Assembly: GCA_965198005.1 (NCBI GenBank)
Contig: CBDAOI010000003.1
Location: forward strand, 352,001 to 416,000
Reading direction: 5' to 3'
Length of the DNA: 64,000 nucleotides
Source of the DNA: Spirochaetia bacterium
Lineage (GTDB): Bacteria > Spirochaetota > Spirochaetia > SZUA-6 > Bin103
The notes under the pieces were generated by a model. The model worked only from the letters and a program-made list of their open reading frames with translations, did not search any database and was not told the origin of the DNA. This document shows positions 1-11,551 of the stretch, piece after piece. Positions within the stretch are counted from its first letter, which is position 1; each line of letters starts with the position of its first letter. A program made the position numbers and the translations under genes.

Positions 1-99
1 TCCAGGGTCCGGACGAGGGCCGCCCGGGCCGCCCGGGGCACCCATCGGCTGGCGCCGAGCCGTTGCGCCTTGCTGCGGGTGATAAGAGGGTAGCTCCAG

Positions 100-468
100 A
101 TGAAACAGACAGCGAAGCAGGTGCGCGTGCGGCGCAACCCGTGCGGGATGCCCGTGGACGAGGACTTCGAGCTGGTCGAGGTGCCGCTGCCGGAGCCGGC
201 AGCAGGCGAGCTGCTGGTTCGCACCATCTACGTCTCGCTGGACCCCTACATGCGCGGCGGCATGGGGCGGCCCGAGGCTATTGGCGCCACGCCAACTGGC
301 GGCATGGTGAGCCAGGTGCTGGCCTCGCGCTCCCCCCTATTCGAAGAGGGGCAGTACGTCAGTCAGTACGTCGGCGGGTCGATCGGAGGGTATCTCCCCC
401 GTAGCGGTGGCCGGTCTCGTGGTCGATGGCATCCGCGAGGAACGGTTCTACCTGCTCACCCATCCTGA
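100..468 (+). pseudogene. N-terminal fragment of NADP-dependent oxidoreductase (YncB/CurA, prostaglandin reductase-like)
   Basis: DFELVEVPLPEP..GELLVRTIYVSLDPYMRG is the typical N-terminus of this ~340-aa family; similarity is lost after ~93 aa and the ORF stops at 122 aa. Confidence 0.75.
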
Positions 469-599
469 GATCATACTGAGCCGCGTCCGCTTGCGGATGG
501 AGGCGATCCTGGCAGGCGCCAACCCCCCGGTGATGGTCTGATGACGCCGTCGGGATCGCCACCTTCCCGGAACGCAGCGATCCGCGATAAGGTGGCGCT

Positions 600-1715
600 A
601 TGAGAACTGAAGGACACCCGACCAGCGGGACTGCGATCTCACCCGCCGACGGTCCTGTCGCCGTCACCGGCGCGAGCGGGTATATCGGCTCCTGGATCGT
701 CTACGATCTGATGGCGCAAGGCTACCGCGTCCACGCCTGCGTGCGGGACTTGAACAATCCTGCGAAGGTCGACCATCTGACCGCGCTCAACAACGATCGC
801 GACCTGCGTGGCGAGGTCGAGCTGTTTCGCGGCGAGCTGTTCGAGCGCGGCAGCTACGACGCCGCGTTCGCAGGCTGCAGCGCGGTGCTCCACGCCGGCG
901 CGACAGTCGGATACAACCGTGAAACGCCGCAGGAGGTGTACGACGGGTGCTTCACCGAGAACGACCACGTGCTCGCCGCGGCGCGAAAGTCCGACAGTCT
1001 CAAGCGCTTCGTCTTCACCAGCTCGTTCGCCGCAGTCAGCCATCCGCGACCAGCCGGGTACGTCTTCACCGAGAAGGACTGGTGTGGCGACAACCTCGAG
1101 GCCTACCGCGGGAGCTGGACCGAGGATCGCATTCCGGAAAACCGCGATCTCGCCTACGCCATGGCCAAGGCCAACACCGAGCGCATGATCTACCAGGCGG
1201 CCGAACAGGACGGCAGCTTCGACGCGATGGCCATCCTGCCGGTGCACGTGATCGGCCCGCTGATGAGCGCCAACCATGACCAGGGCTGGAGCTGGCAGAA
1301 CTGCATGAAGTTCATGATGGCGGGGCAGCCCTATAAGAAGACGTCCGGCGGCCGCATGCTGTGGAACATCGTCGACGTGCGCGACGCGGGCAAGGCCCAC
1401 CGCCTCGCGGCCGAGAGCACCACCGCAACGAATGGCTCGCGCTACATCCTGTCGGCCAGGGACCGCTCCGGGGAAGTCTTCACCTGGCAGCTGCAGCAGC
1501 GCCTCCACGAGCTCTTTCCCGGGGTGCAGGAGATCGGCGGCGAGGAGATGGAAGGCGATCGGCCCGCCAAGGACACCCACGATGCGCCGCGCTCGTATTG
1601 CCTGCTGGCGATGCAGGAGTTCGGCCTCGTGCCCCACGCCGCCGACGACACCATCCGCGCGACCATCGATTCATACTACGCGACCATCGCTCGGGCTGAT
1701 TCCCTCCTAGCGTGA
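600..1715 (+). CDS. NAD-dependent epimerase/dehydratase (aldehyde/dihydroflavonol reductase-like extended SDR)
   Basis: VAVTGASGYIGSW Rossmann motif, FVFTSSFAA, YxxxK (YAMAK), VDVRD. Confidence 0.85.
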   Translation: MRTEGHPTSGTAISPADGPVAVTGASGYIGSWIVYDLMAQGYRVHACVRDLNNPAKVDHLTALNNDRDLRGEVELFRGELFERGSYDAAFAGCSAVLHAGATVGYNRETPQEVYDGCFTENDHVLAAARKSDSLKRFVFTSSFAAVSHPRPAGYVFTEKDWCGDNLEAYRGSWTEDRIPENRDLAYAMAKANTERMIYQAAEQDGSFDAMAILPVHVIGPLMSANHDQGWSWQNCMKFMMAGQPYKKTSGGRMLWNIVDVRDAGKAHRLAAESTTATNGSRYILSARDRSGEVFTWQLQQRLHELFPGVQEIGGEEMEGDRPAKDTHDAPRSYCLLAMQEFGLVPHAADDTIRATIDSYYATIARADSLLA

Positions 1716-1828
1716 GTTTCCTAGTTATCCCACGCGTGTGATGGCATGGGCCAGATAACTTGTTATGGTATAGTAAGTTACAGACCTACCAGTCGGACGG
1801 AACCCGGTATACACTGAGAGGGGTGCTG

Positions 1829-2488
1829 TCAGGGATGGGCGTGTTGGTATACGTCAAGTAGTCGGCACAGTTTGTCTTGCAGGGAGGAGCGTTCAGAGAG
1901 CACGTATTGGGCTCGGTAGCGTCCTCTGGTAGCCTTCTGTGGCGCGGCGTAGAGGTTGACCACTTCGGTCACGCCGCTGAGTTCCGCCAGTAGTTGCTCA
2001 ATGGTAAGTGGATGCCCGCCGTGGGCCGCCTTGCGTTGCAGCAGCGAACTCAGCAGCAGTGCCAGCACACAATAGAACACGTGTACGCGCAGCTTCTGAT
2101 CGGTCCAGTGAAAGGCCGGCGAGAAGCTCACCCAGTGGGGATTCTTCATCTGCTTGAACGCCCGCTCCACATGATGTTGTGCGCGGCTGGCTAAGATGAT
2201 GTCTTGGTCGCTCCACGAGTCGTTGTCGGTGCACAGGATGCGCTTGCCCAAGCGCCTGCGTTGCAAGCGCTGGTACGCTGCCCAATCGGTGCGAAATCGG
2301 AAACTGAGGGTTCCGTCGGATTCGCTGATCTGAATCTTGAGAATTTGCGCTACGTACTGACCCGAGGTGATCGTGTCGAAATGCTTCTGCAAGGATGCTC
2401 TGCTGTAGCCTTTGCCGTTTGCCCCCGGTTGCTGGCTGCGCGCCAGCTTCCTCCGCAACGCGCGCAGTGCAGCGCGCTTCTTGCGCAA
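1829..2488 (-). mobile_element. C-terminal remnant of IS1634-family DDE transposase
   Basis: GKRILCTD..WS..DII..SRAQHHVERAFKQMKNP and HWTDQKLRVHVFYCVLALLL; the N-terminal ~60% is missing. Confidence 0.75.
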
Positions 2489-2588
2489 CGCTCGGCCGCA
2501 TGCGTCGTCGTCTTGACACTACGACCCCACTCTCATTCACCGAGAATCGCTGTCCGGACGACCACCGCCGACCGGTGTTTCACCGTCA

Positions 2589-2604
2589 TGTTTCCCGTGA
2601 AACA
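2589..2604. promoter_or_regulatory. parS: parS centromere-like site (1 mismatch)
   Basis: TGTTTCCCGTGAAACA vs consensus TGTTTCACGTGAAACA; ~11 kb from oriC. Confidence 0.75.
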
Positions 2605-2700
2605 TTATCGGCGGCCGGCGTCACGCGCTTGGCGACCGCAATCATACCGCAGAGACGGAGCGCAGTAGTCGGCATACTCGCCGTTGAGGCGGCACACCCC

Positions 2701-2717
2701 GGGGGGGGGGGGGGGGG
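2701..2717. repeat. Poly-G homopolymer (G17)
   Basis: 17 consecutive G after CCCC. Confidence 0.9.
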
Positions 2718-2834
2718 CACTTGTTGATTGCACGCGCATCCGCTTATATTCTTTCGGGGTGAGGAGACGACAAACCATGGCTCTGCCAAACAGGCCGCGC
2801 GATCCGCGTAGCGGCGGTTCGGCTACCGTATTAC

Positions 2835-3194
2835 TTGCTGAGCTACGCACTGGTCGTGGGCACGGTTACGGTGGCCGCCTCCATTGGCACAGTAACCGGG
2901 GGGTTTTGGGCTGCCGCAGTGGCTATTGCCGAACTGCTGGCCAAGGTAGCAACCGGAACCATTGGGGCTTTGATAGTAGTGGAGGGAGCGATAATGGGCT
3001 TGACCAAGGTATTGTTCGAGAAGGCACGACAACAAGCACGGGATGAAGGCCTTCGGCAGGGCGTCCGGCAGGGCATCCGGCAGGGCATCCGGCAGGGCGT
3101 CCAGCAGGGCGTCCAGCAGGAGCGGGACCGGCTGCGTAAAGCCGGAGTAGAGATACCGCCCGACAAAGACAACCGAGAAAAGCCAGCCCAATAA
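2835..3194 (+). CDS. Small hypothetical membrane protein with GxxQ tetrapeptide repeats (Rpn C-terminus-like); start uncertain
   Basis: Hydrophobic N-half followed by EGLRQGVRQGIRQGIRQGVQQGVQQER; the RBS-ATG at 2761-2779 is in a different frame. Confidence 0.5.
   Translation: MLSYALVVGTVTVAASIGTVTGGFWAAAVAIAELLAKVATGTIGALIVVEGAIMGLTKVLFEKARQQARDEGLRQGVRQGIRQGIRQGVQQGVQQERDRLRKAGVEIPPDKDNREKPAQ
3054..3120 (+). repeat. 12-bp tandem repeat x5.5, C(G/A)GCAGGGC(G/A)TC
   Basis: Units start at 3054, 3066, 3078, 3090, 3102 and 3114. Confidence 0.9.
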
Positions 3195-3207
3195 CCACCG
3201 CCCATCA

Positions 3208-3223
3208 GGTTTCACGTGAAACT
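3208..3223. promoter_or_regulatory. parS: parS site
   Basis: Perfect 14-bp palindromic core GTTTCACGTGAAAC (3209-3222) just downstream of gyrA. Confidence 0.8.
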
Positions 3224-3237
3224 AGCGGCGGCCGGCG

Positions 3238-5664
3238 TCACGCTTCCTTGGCGGCGCGTGCGATGCCGGCGACGCTGTCGTTCTCGGCCAACTTGACGAT
3301 CCGCACGCCGAGGCCGATGCGGCTGCGCACCCGCACCTCTTCGAGGTGCAGCTTCACCACCTGGCCGAGCGTGGTCACGCATACCAGATCGTCGTCCGGG
3401 TAGGTCGCGATCATGCTCACCACGGGGCCGGTCTTGGGCGTGTCGCGATAGCAGATCTGGCCGCCGGTGCCGCGGCGGTAGCGCCGCAACGCGTCGAACT
3501 CCATCCGCTTGCCGATGCCGCGCTCGCTCACGATCAGCAACTGGCGCTGCTGATCCGCGGTCGCCGCGCCCACCACGCGGTCCGAAGCTTGCAGCCGTAT
3601 CCCCCTCACCCCGCGCGTGGCGCGCCCCATGGCCCGCACCTCGGTCTCGGCAAAGCGCAGCGCCCGCCCGGAGCGCGCGATCACCACCACGTCGCGCCGG
3701 CCGTCGGTCAGCATCGCCGATACCAGATGATCGCCCGCGTCGAGGTTGATCGCCGCCACCCCGCGCCGCCGCGCATTGGAGAACTCCTTGGTGCGCACCT
3801 TCTTGGCCACGCCGGCGGCGGTGACCATGAGCAGGTGATCCTCGGTAGTGAACTTCTTGAGCGACACGATCGCGGTGACCTCTTCGTCGTCCGCCATCGC
3901 CAGCATCGAGCGGATATCCTGCCCCACGGACTGGCGCGTCCGCTCCGGCAGCTCGTACACCTTCAACCAGTACGCCTTGCCGGCACTGGTGATGAACAGC
4001 ACGTAGTCGTGGGTCGATCCGATGAAGATCTGGGTGATGAAGTCGGCGCCGCGCAGCCGCGTGCCCGCGCCTTTGCCGCCGCGCAGCTGCCGCCGATAGC
4101 TGTTGGCGGGAATGCGCTTGATGATGCCGCGGTTCGAGATCACCACGACCACGTCCTGCTGCTCGATCAGGTCCTCTTCATCGAAATCCTCGATCTCGGT
4201 GTCCACCACCTCGCTGCGCCGCTCGTCGCCGAAACGGCGCGCCACCTCCTGGGTCTCCTTCTTGACGACGTCGAGGATCTTCTGGTCGCTGGCCAGCAGC
4301 GCGCCCAGCTCCGCGATCTGGCGGCGCACCTGCTCCAGCTCCTCCATTACCCGCCGCGACTCGAGACTGGTGAGCCGCTGCAGGCGCATGTCCAGAATCG
4401 CCTGCGCCTGCTTCTGCGACAGCTCGAACCGCGCGCGCAGGCTGCTGCGGGCGAGCTCCACCGTGCGGCTGCCGCGGATGATGCGGACCACCTCGTCGAT
4501 GTTGTCCAGCGCGATCTTGAGCCCTTCGAGGATGTGCTCCCGCGCCTCCGCCTGCTTGAGGTCGTAGCGCGCGCGCCGGGTCACCACCCGTTTTCGATGC
4601 TGAACGAAGTGCCAGATCAGGTCGCGCAGGTTGAGCACCCGCGGCTGTCCGTCGACCAGCGCCAGGCTGTTGATGCTGAACGAGTCCTGCAGGGCGGTAA
4701 GCTGGAACAGCTTGTTCAGGACCACCCGCGGCTCGACCCCCCGGCGCAGCTCGATCACCACCCGCATACCCTTGCGATCCGACTCGTCGCGCAGATCGGC
4801 GATCCCCTCCAGCCGGCGCTCCCGGTACAGCTCGCCGATGCGGACGATCAGGTTCTTCTTGTTCACCTGATAGGGCAACTCCGTGACCACGATCGCCTCG
4901 CGCCCGCTGGGCAGCGTTTCCGCCGCGGTGCGCGCGCGCACCACCACCCGGCCCTTGCCGGTGGTGTACGCATCCTCCATGCCCTTGCGCCCGAAGATGA
5001 TGCCGCCGGTGGGGAAATCGGGGCCGGAGACGTGGCGCATCAGGTCGCGCGCGGTCAGCCGCGGATTGGCGATCAGCGCCAGAATCCCGCGCGTGACCTC
5101 ACACAGGTTGTGCGGCGCGATGTTGGTGGCCATCCCCACCGCGATGCCGGTGGACCCGTTGACAAGCAGGAACGGCAACGCCGCCGGCAGCACCGTCGGC
5201 TCGGTCATGGAATCGTCGTAGTTGGGTCCGAAGTCGACCGTATCCTTGCCGATGTCGCGCAGCATCGGCTCCGACACCGGGGCCAGGCGCGCTTCGGTGT
5301 ACCGCATCGCGGCCGGCGGGTCGCCGTCGACCGAGCCGAAGTTGCCCTGTCCGTCCACGATCGGATACCGCAGGGAGAACGGCTGCGCCATCCGCACCAG
5401 CGCCTCGTACAACGCCTGGTCGCCGTGCGGGTGGTACTTCCCGAGCACGTCGCCCACCAGCCGCGCCGTCTTCTTGTAGGGACGATCGGGCCGCAGCCCC
5501 ATGTCGTCCATCGCGTACAGCAGCCGCCGGTGGACCGGCTTGAGTCCGTCGCGTACGTCGGGCAGCGCGCGGCTGACGATCACCGACATCGCGTAGGTGA
5601 GATAGGAGTCGCGAACCTCGTCCTCGATCGCTACCGGGATGACCTCTCCGGTGAGCTGTGCCAA
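3238..5664 (-). CDS. gyrA: DNA gyrase subunit A
   Basis: [28 protein letters not shown] catalytic Tyr, GyrA-box QLRGGKG, beta-pinwheel repeats. Confidence 0.97.
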   Translation of the reverse strand: MAQLTGEVIPVAIEDEVRDSYLTYAMSVIVSRALPDVRDGLKPVHRRLLYAMDDMGLRPDRPYKKTARLVGDVLGKYHPHGDQALYEALVRMAQPFSLRYPIVDGQGNFGSVDGDPPAAMRYTEARLAPVSEPMLRDIGKDTVDFGPNYDDSMTEPTVLPAALPFLLVNGSTGIAVGMATNIAPHNLCEVTRGILALIANPRLTARDLMRHVSGPDFPTGGIIFGRKGMEDAYTTGKGRVVVRARTAAETLPSGREAIVVTELPYQVNKKNLIVRIGELYRERRLEGIADLRDESDRKGMRVVIELRRGVEPRVVLNKLFQLTALQDSFSINSLALVDGQPRVLNLRDLIWHFVQHRKRVVTRRARYDLKQAEAREHILEGLKIALDNIDEVVRIIRGSRTVELARSSLRARFELSQKQAQAILDMRLQRLTSLESRRVMEELEQVRRQIAELGALLASDQKILDVVKKETQEVARRFGDERRSEVVDTEIEDFDEEDLIEQQDVVVVISNRGIIKRIPANSYRRQLRGGKGAGTRLRGADFITQIFIGSTHDYVLFITSAGKAYWLKVYELPERTRQSVGQDIRSMLAMADDEEVTAIVSLKKFTTEDHLLMVTAAGVAKKVRTKEFSNARRRGVAAINLDAGDHLVSAMLTDGRRDVVVIARSGRALRFAETEVRAMGRATRGVRGIRLQASDRVVGAATADQQRQLLIVSERGIGKRMEFDALRRYRRGTGGQICYRDTPKTGPVVSMIATYPDDDLVCVTTLGQVVKLHLEEVRVRSRIGLGVRIVKLAENDSVAGIARAAKEA

Positions 5665-5707
5665 TCAGGGGCCTCCTGCTTCCGCTTCCTGCGTCCCGCG
5701 TCCGCCG

Positions 5708-7678
<1,971 letters not shown>

Positions 7679-7760
7679 CTATCGAGAATTACCTGCTCTC
7701 GCCACGCGCCTCGATGATAGCGCGAACCGAGCCCGACGTAAACCGGCCGACCGGGTGGCG

Positions 7761-8435
7761 TCAGGAACGGTCTCCCACGTAGATCACGCGGATCTGCTTG
7801 TACGGACCATCCCCCTCGCTCTCGGTGTTCACCTCGGCCATTTCTCCGAGGGCCGCGTGCACCAGCCGGCGCTCGAACGGGTTGAGCGGCGCCAACAGCC
7901 GCGATCGGCCGGTGCGGCGCACCTCCCGCGCCGCGCGCGTCGCCATCCGCAGCAGGCTCTGTTCCCGCCGGTAGCGATAGTCCTCCGTGTCGAGCACCAC
8001 CCGCACCGGCGCGCTCTCCGGGTTGATGCGGCCGGCGTAGATGTTGGCCACCAGTTGCAGCGACTCCAGCGTGGCGCCGTGCTTGCCGATCACGATCGCC
8101 GGATCGTCGGCGATGATCTCCACGACCAGTTGCCCGTGCTCGCGCTGGTCGATCCGGACCTCCGCCGCCAGGCTCGCGCGCTCCAGCATGGAGGACACGA
8201 ACTCGAGCACGCGTTCCTCGAATTCGTTCTCGGGCTCGAGCGTGTCGACCTCGCCCTCGTCTTCGGCGAGATGGACCCGGATGCGTACCTTTCCGCCCTT
8301 GAGAAAACCCGGGCGTTGTTCCTCCACCACCTCGACGTCGATTTCGTCCTGTTCGAGCCCGAGGGCGGCGATCGCCTTGGCGATCGCCTCCTGCTCGGTG
8401 CGCCCCTCGTATTCCCGTTCCGCCATACGGTTCAT
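7761..8435 (-). CDS. jag: RNA-binding protein Jag/KhpB/EloR
   Basis: Jag_N, KH (IGKHGATLESLQ) and R3H (ERRLVH) domains; ATGA overlap with yidC. Confidence 0.93.
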   Translation of the reverse strand: MNRMAEREYEGRTEQEAIAKAIAALGLEQDEIDVEVVEEQRPGFLKGGKVRIRVHLAEDEGEVDTLEPENEFEERVLEFVSSMLERASLAAEVRIDQREHGQLVVEIIADDPAIVIGKHGATLESLQLVANIYAGRINPESAPVRVVLDTEDYRYRREQSLLRMATRAAREVRRTGRSRLLAPLNPFERRLVHAALGEMAEVNTESEGDGPYKQIRVIYVGDRS

Positions 8436-10219
8436 CTCCTGGGTCTGCCACCCGGGTTGCGCCCGGACGCCGGTGCCGCGCCCCCACCTGGACCGGCCCG
8501 TCGTCGTTTGTCGTTGATATAGAGTTGCTGCACGATCTGCAGCACGTTCTGCATCGTCCAGTAAATCACCAGTCCCGACGGCATGCTGTACAGGATGAAG
8601 AAGAAGAAAATCGGCATGGCGTACATCATCATCTTCATGTGTCCCTGGACGGCGCTCGGATTCTGCGTGATCCGCGACTGGAGCAGCGTCGTGCCGAGCA
8701 TCACGAACGGAAGAATCCTCAGCTCGTCCCAGCCCAGCATCGGCACCGTGAACCCGAGCGGGAGAAAGCTCTCCGGCGCCGACAGGTCGCCGATCCAGGG
8801 GGCGATGAACGGCGCCCCGCGCAGGTCAAACGCATTGTTCAGTAAATCAAACAGGGCAAAGAAAATAGGCATCTGCAACAGAAGCGGCAGGCAGCCTCCG
8901 ATCGGGTTCACGCCCTCCTTCCGGTAGAGCGCCATCATCTCCTGGTTCAGCTTTTCCGGCTTGCCCTGGTAGCGTTTCTTGAGTTCCTCGATCTTGGGGC
9001 CCAGCAGCGACATCTTGCTGGTCGACTCCAGGCTCTTCTGGGTGAGGGGGAAGAACAGGATCTTGATCACCACGGTGAGCAGAATGATCGCCACCCCGTA
9101 GTTGGGCACCAGCCGGTAGAACAGATCGAGCATGAAGCGCAGGATGTTCGCCAGCCAGCCGATGATCGGATTGGAGCGGGCGGCTTCCTCGAACCGGTAG
9201 TTGCCGATCCCGAACGGGTCGCGGCTGGCGTCGTTGTAGCGATTGAGGATCTCTCGCTTCAACGGACCGGCGTAGAAGCGGAAGGTGTCGACGCTGGTGG
9301 AACCGGTGAGCAGCGGCCGGCTGAAGTAGAGCGCCGAGCGGCGGATCAGCTCGGGATCCCCGCGATTGTCGTAGGTGATCGTGTACAGGGTGGCGTCAGG
9401 CACGGCGATCACCGCGAAGTACTTGCCCGCGATCGCGGTCCAGGTGACGCGCTTGGCCTCCGCCAGGACCTGCTCGCGCCGCATGCGCTGGTTCGAGGCC
9501 TTGTTGTCCACGAAGTTGCGAAAGTTGCGAAACTCGTTGCGGCCGTCGAGCGATTCGTAGGCCGGTCCGATCTGGGGACCGATTCCCAGGGTGTAGGCGT
9601 AGCCGCCGAAGTCCAGCATGGGCACGCGGTTGCGGCTGTTCTCGATCTCGATCTTGAGCTCGAACAGATAGGAGTTGGGCGGAAACGTGTAGGTCTTGGC
9701 GAGCGTGAACGGCACGCCGTCCGGACCGATCAGCTCGCGCGAGAAGCGCCAACTGTAGCGGTCCACCTCCTGCAAGGTGAAGCTGTCGTCCACCGGGGCC
9801 GTCCGGAAATCGCCGAACGCCACGGTGAAGAAGTGGTCGCGCTCCGGGTGCAGCACGAGTTGCACCCGCTCGCCGCCCACGTCGCGATGCTGCTTCAGGC
9901 TCATCGAAGTGAGGTCGCCGCCGGCGGTGGAGAAAATCAGGCTGTACAGCTCGGTTTCCTTGGTGATCAGCCGGGCGCCCACCGCGCTGTCGGTGTCGGC
10001 CGCCGTTACCGTGCTCCGGGCCAGGGCGGACCCGCTTGGCGCCCCGCCCTGCTGCTGGATCTCGGCCGGCCCCGGTTCGCCCGCCACCGCCCCCCCAACC
10101 GGCCCCCCGGAGGCGCGGCCGTCCGACGCGTCGTCGGGGAACATGACGTTCTGCACCACGAGGCTGGCGACGATGATCACGACCGACAGGCCGACCGCGA
10201 GCATGGTTTTGCGATCCAT
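8432..10219 (-). CDS. yidC: Membrane protein insertase YidC
   Basis: NYGVAIILLT, VNPIGGCLPLLLQMPIF, PSGLVIYW; large periplasmic domain. Confidence 0.96.
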   Translation of the reverse strand: MDRKTMLAVGLSVVIIVASLVVQNVMFPDDASDGRASGGPVGGAVAGEPGPAEIQQQGGAPSGSALARSTVTAADTDSAVGARLITKETELYSLIFSTAGGDLTSMSLKQHRDVGGERVQLVLHPERDHFFTVAFGDFRTAPVDDSFTLQEVDRYSWRFSRELIGPDGVPFTLAKTYTFPPNSYLFELKIEIENSRNRVPMLDFGGYAYTLGIGPQIGPAYESLDGRNEFRNFRNFVDNKASNQRMRREQVLAEAKRVTWTAIAGKYFAVIAVPDATLYTITYDNRGDPELIRRSALYFSRPLLTGSTSVDTFRFYAGPLKREILNRYNDASRDPFGIGNYRFEEAARSNPIIGWLANILRFMLDLFYRLVPNYGVAIILLTVVIKILFFPLTQKSLESTSKMSLLGPKIEELKKRYQGKPEKLNQEMMALYRKEGVNPIGGCLPLLLQMPIFFALFDLLNNAFDLRGAPFIAPWIGDLSAPESFLPLGFTVPMLGWDELRILPFVMLGTTLLQSRITQNPSAVQGHMKMMMYAMPIFFFFILYSMPSGLVIYWTMQNVLQIVQQLYINDKRRRAGPGGGAAPASGRNPGGRPRR

Positions 10220-10237
10220 ATGGAGGCTAAGCGATCA

Positions 10238-10456
10238 TCAGGGGACCGGGTCGTAGCCGCCGCGCTGGAACGGGTGGCAGCGAAGCACGCGCCGCAGGCC
10301 CAGCGCCGCGCCCTTCAACGCCCCGTGCCGGCGCACGGCCTCGGCGGCGTACTGGGAGCAGGTCGGATAGTACCGGCAGCTTGGCGGAAACAGTGGCGAC
10401 AGCAGGAGCTGGTACCCGCGCACCACGACGATCACCACGCGCGCGGGCAGGCTCAC
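10238..10456 (-). CDS. yidD: Membrane protein insertion efficiency factor YidD
   Basis: [37 protein letters not shown] start at 10456. Confidence 0.92.
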   Translation of the reverse strand: MSLPARVVIVVVRGYQLLLSPLFPPSCRYYPTCSQYAAEAVRRHGALKGAALGLRRVLRCHPFQRGGYDPVP

Positions 10457-10484
10457 CCCGCCCTCCGCGCCGGCATGGCGGCCT

Positions 10485-10892
10485 TCAGCCACGGCGCAGC
10501 AACCCCGCGTCATGCAGCAGCCTGCCCAGCGCCGCGCCCGCGCCGACGACCCCAAGCTCGCGGCGCCGCACACCGACCTGGAGCAGCAGGTCGTAACCGG
10601 GCGCCACCCGTGGCTTGAGCAGGCGATACGCTTCGCGCACCAGCCGCCGCTGCCGGTTGCGCGCCACCGCGGACCGATAGCCGCGGCCTGGACACACCAC
10701 TACCCGGCTGAGGGCCGCCCCATTCGGGGCAAAGCACACCCGCAGACCGGCGCAACGCGGCGTACCGAAGGCGCGGTACAGGGCCCGTACCCGGCGCGGA
10801 TCGGTAACGCGCTCCGCTCTCGGGAGCCGGAATGCCTGGCGCGCGACGCACGCGGGGCCGGGCCACGGTACGCTAGTACGGCTTCTTTTCAT
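10485..10892 (-). CDS. rnpA: Ribonuclease P protein component
   Basis: LPRAER and RNR motif ([17 protein letters not shown]); lies between rpmH and yidD; start uncertain. Confidence 0.8.
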   Translation of the reverse strand: MKRSRTSVPWPGPACVARQAFRLPRAERVTDPRRVRALYRAFGTPRCAGLRVCFAPNGAALSRVVVCPGRGYRSAVARNRQRRLVREAYRLLKPRVAPGYDLLLQVGVRRRELGVVGAGAALGRLLHDAGLLRRG

Positions 10893-11028
10893 CCGAAACG
10901 GTGAGCTTGCTACGGCCCTTGCGCCGCCGCCGCTTGAGAATGTTGCGGCCGGCACGGGTACGCATTCGTTCACGGAATCCGAATCTGCGCCGCCGTCGGG
11001 TGCGGCTTGGTTGAAAAGTACGTTTCAT
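10873..11028 (-). CDS. rpmH: 50S ribosomal protein L34 (not in the ORF track)
   Basis: Manual translation: [51 protein letters not shown]. Confidence 0.97.
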   Translation of the reverse strand: MKRTFQPSRTRRRRRFGFRERMRTRAGRNILKRRRRKGRSKLTVSDEKKPY

Positions 11029-11098
11029 GTGGATCTCGGGACTTGAACGGCGTCAGGATGCTTCAGCGGTTGAATATACGGATTGGGACGCCGCAGCG

Positions 11099-11551
11099 TC
11101 AACGCCGTAGGCGAATCAGCCGGCCGTAAAGGCGGGTCAATACGTCCGCCAGGGCTGCATCGCCGCGCAGGTTGTCGGGCAAGGCCGGGGCCGGCGGCGG
11201 CCGCTCGGCGTGCGCGTCGACCGCCGCCGCGCGTTCCTCCGCCGGCTCGTCCCGCACCGCGCCCACCCCCGCGCCGACCACCACCTGCAGCCGCCGCACC
11301 CCAAGCACCGGGAAGCGCCGTTGTATGCGCCGCAGGATGGTGCGCTGGCGCATCCGTATGAGTTGCAGACTGGCCGGGTGGTCGACCTCCACCAACAGCC
11401 GGCCGTGGTCGATGTCGCGCAGCCGTGCGCGGCCGGCAAGGTCGGCACCGAGGAGCTCGTCCCAGGTCCGGTAGATGAGCGTCTGCGGAGCGCGCGGATC
11501 GACGCCCGCGCGCGTCAGCACCTCCTTCAGGAGGTCGCCGGCACGGTACAT
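11099..11551 (-). CDS. dciA: DUF721/DciA-family protein
   Basis: W.ELLG.DLA...R...I..GRLLVEVDHP pattern; directly downstream of recF. Confidence 0.75.
   Translation of the reverse strand: MYRAGDLLKEVLTRAGVDPRAPQTLIYRTWDELLGADLAGRARLRDIDHGRLLVEVDHPASLQLIRMRQRTILRRIQRRFPVLGVRRLQVVVGAGVGAVRDEPAEERAAAVDAHAERPPPAPALPDNLRGDAALADVLTRLYGRLIRLRR

Noticed and set aside
1755-1785. TAACTTGTTATGGTATAGTAAGTTA as a dif/Xer site
   Set aside because: Does not match the dif arm/spacer layout, lies near oriC rather than the terminus, and is better explained as part of the IS end
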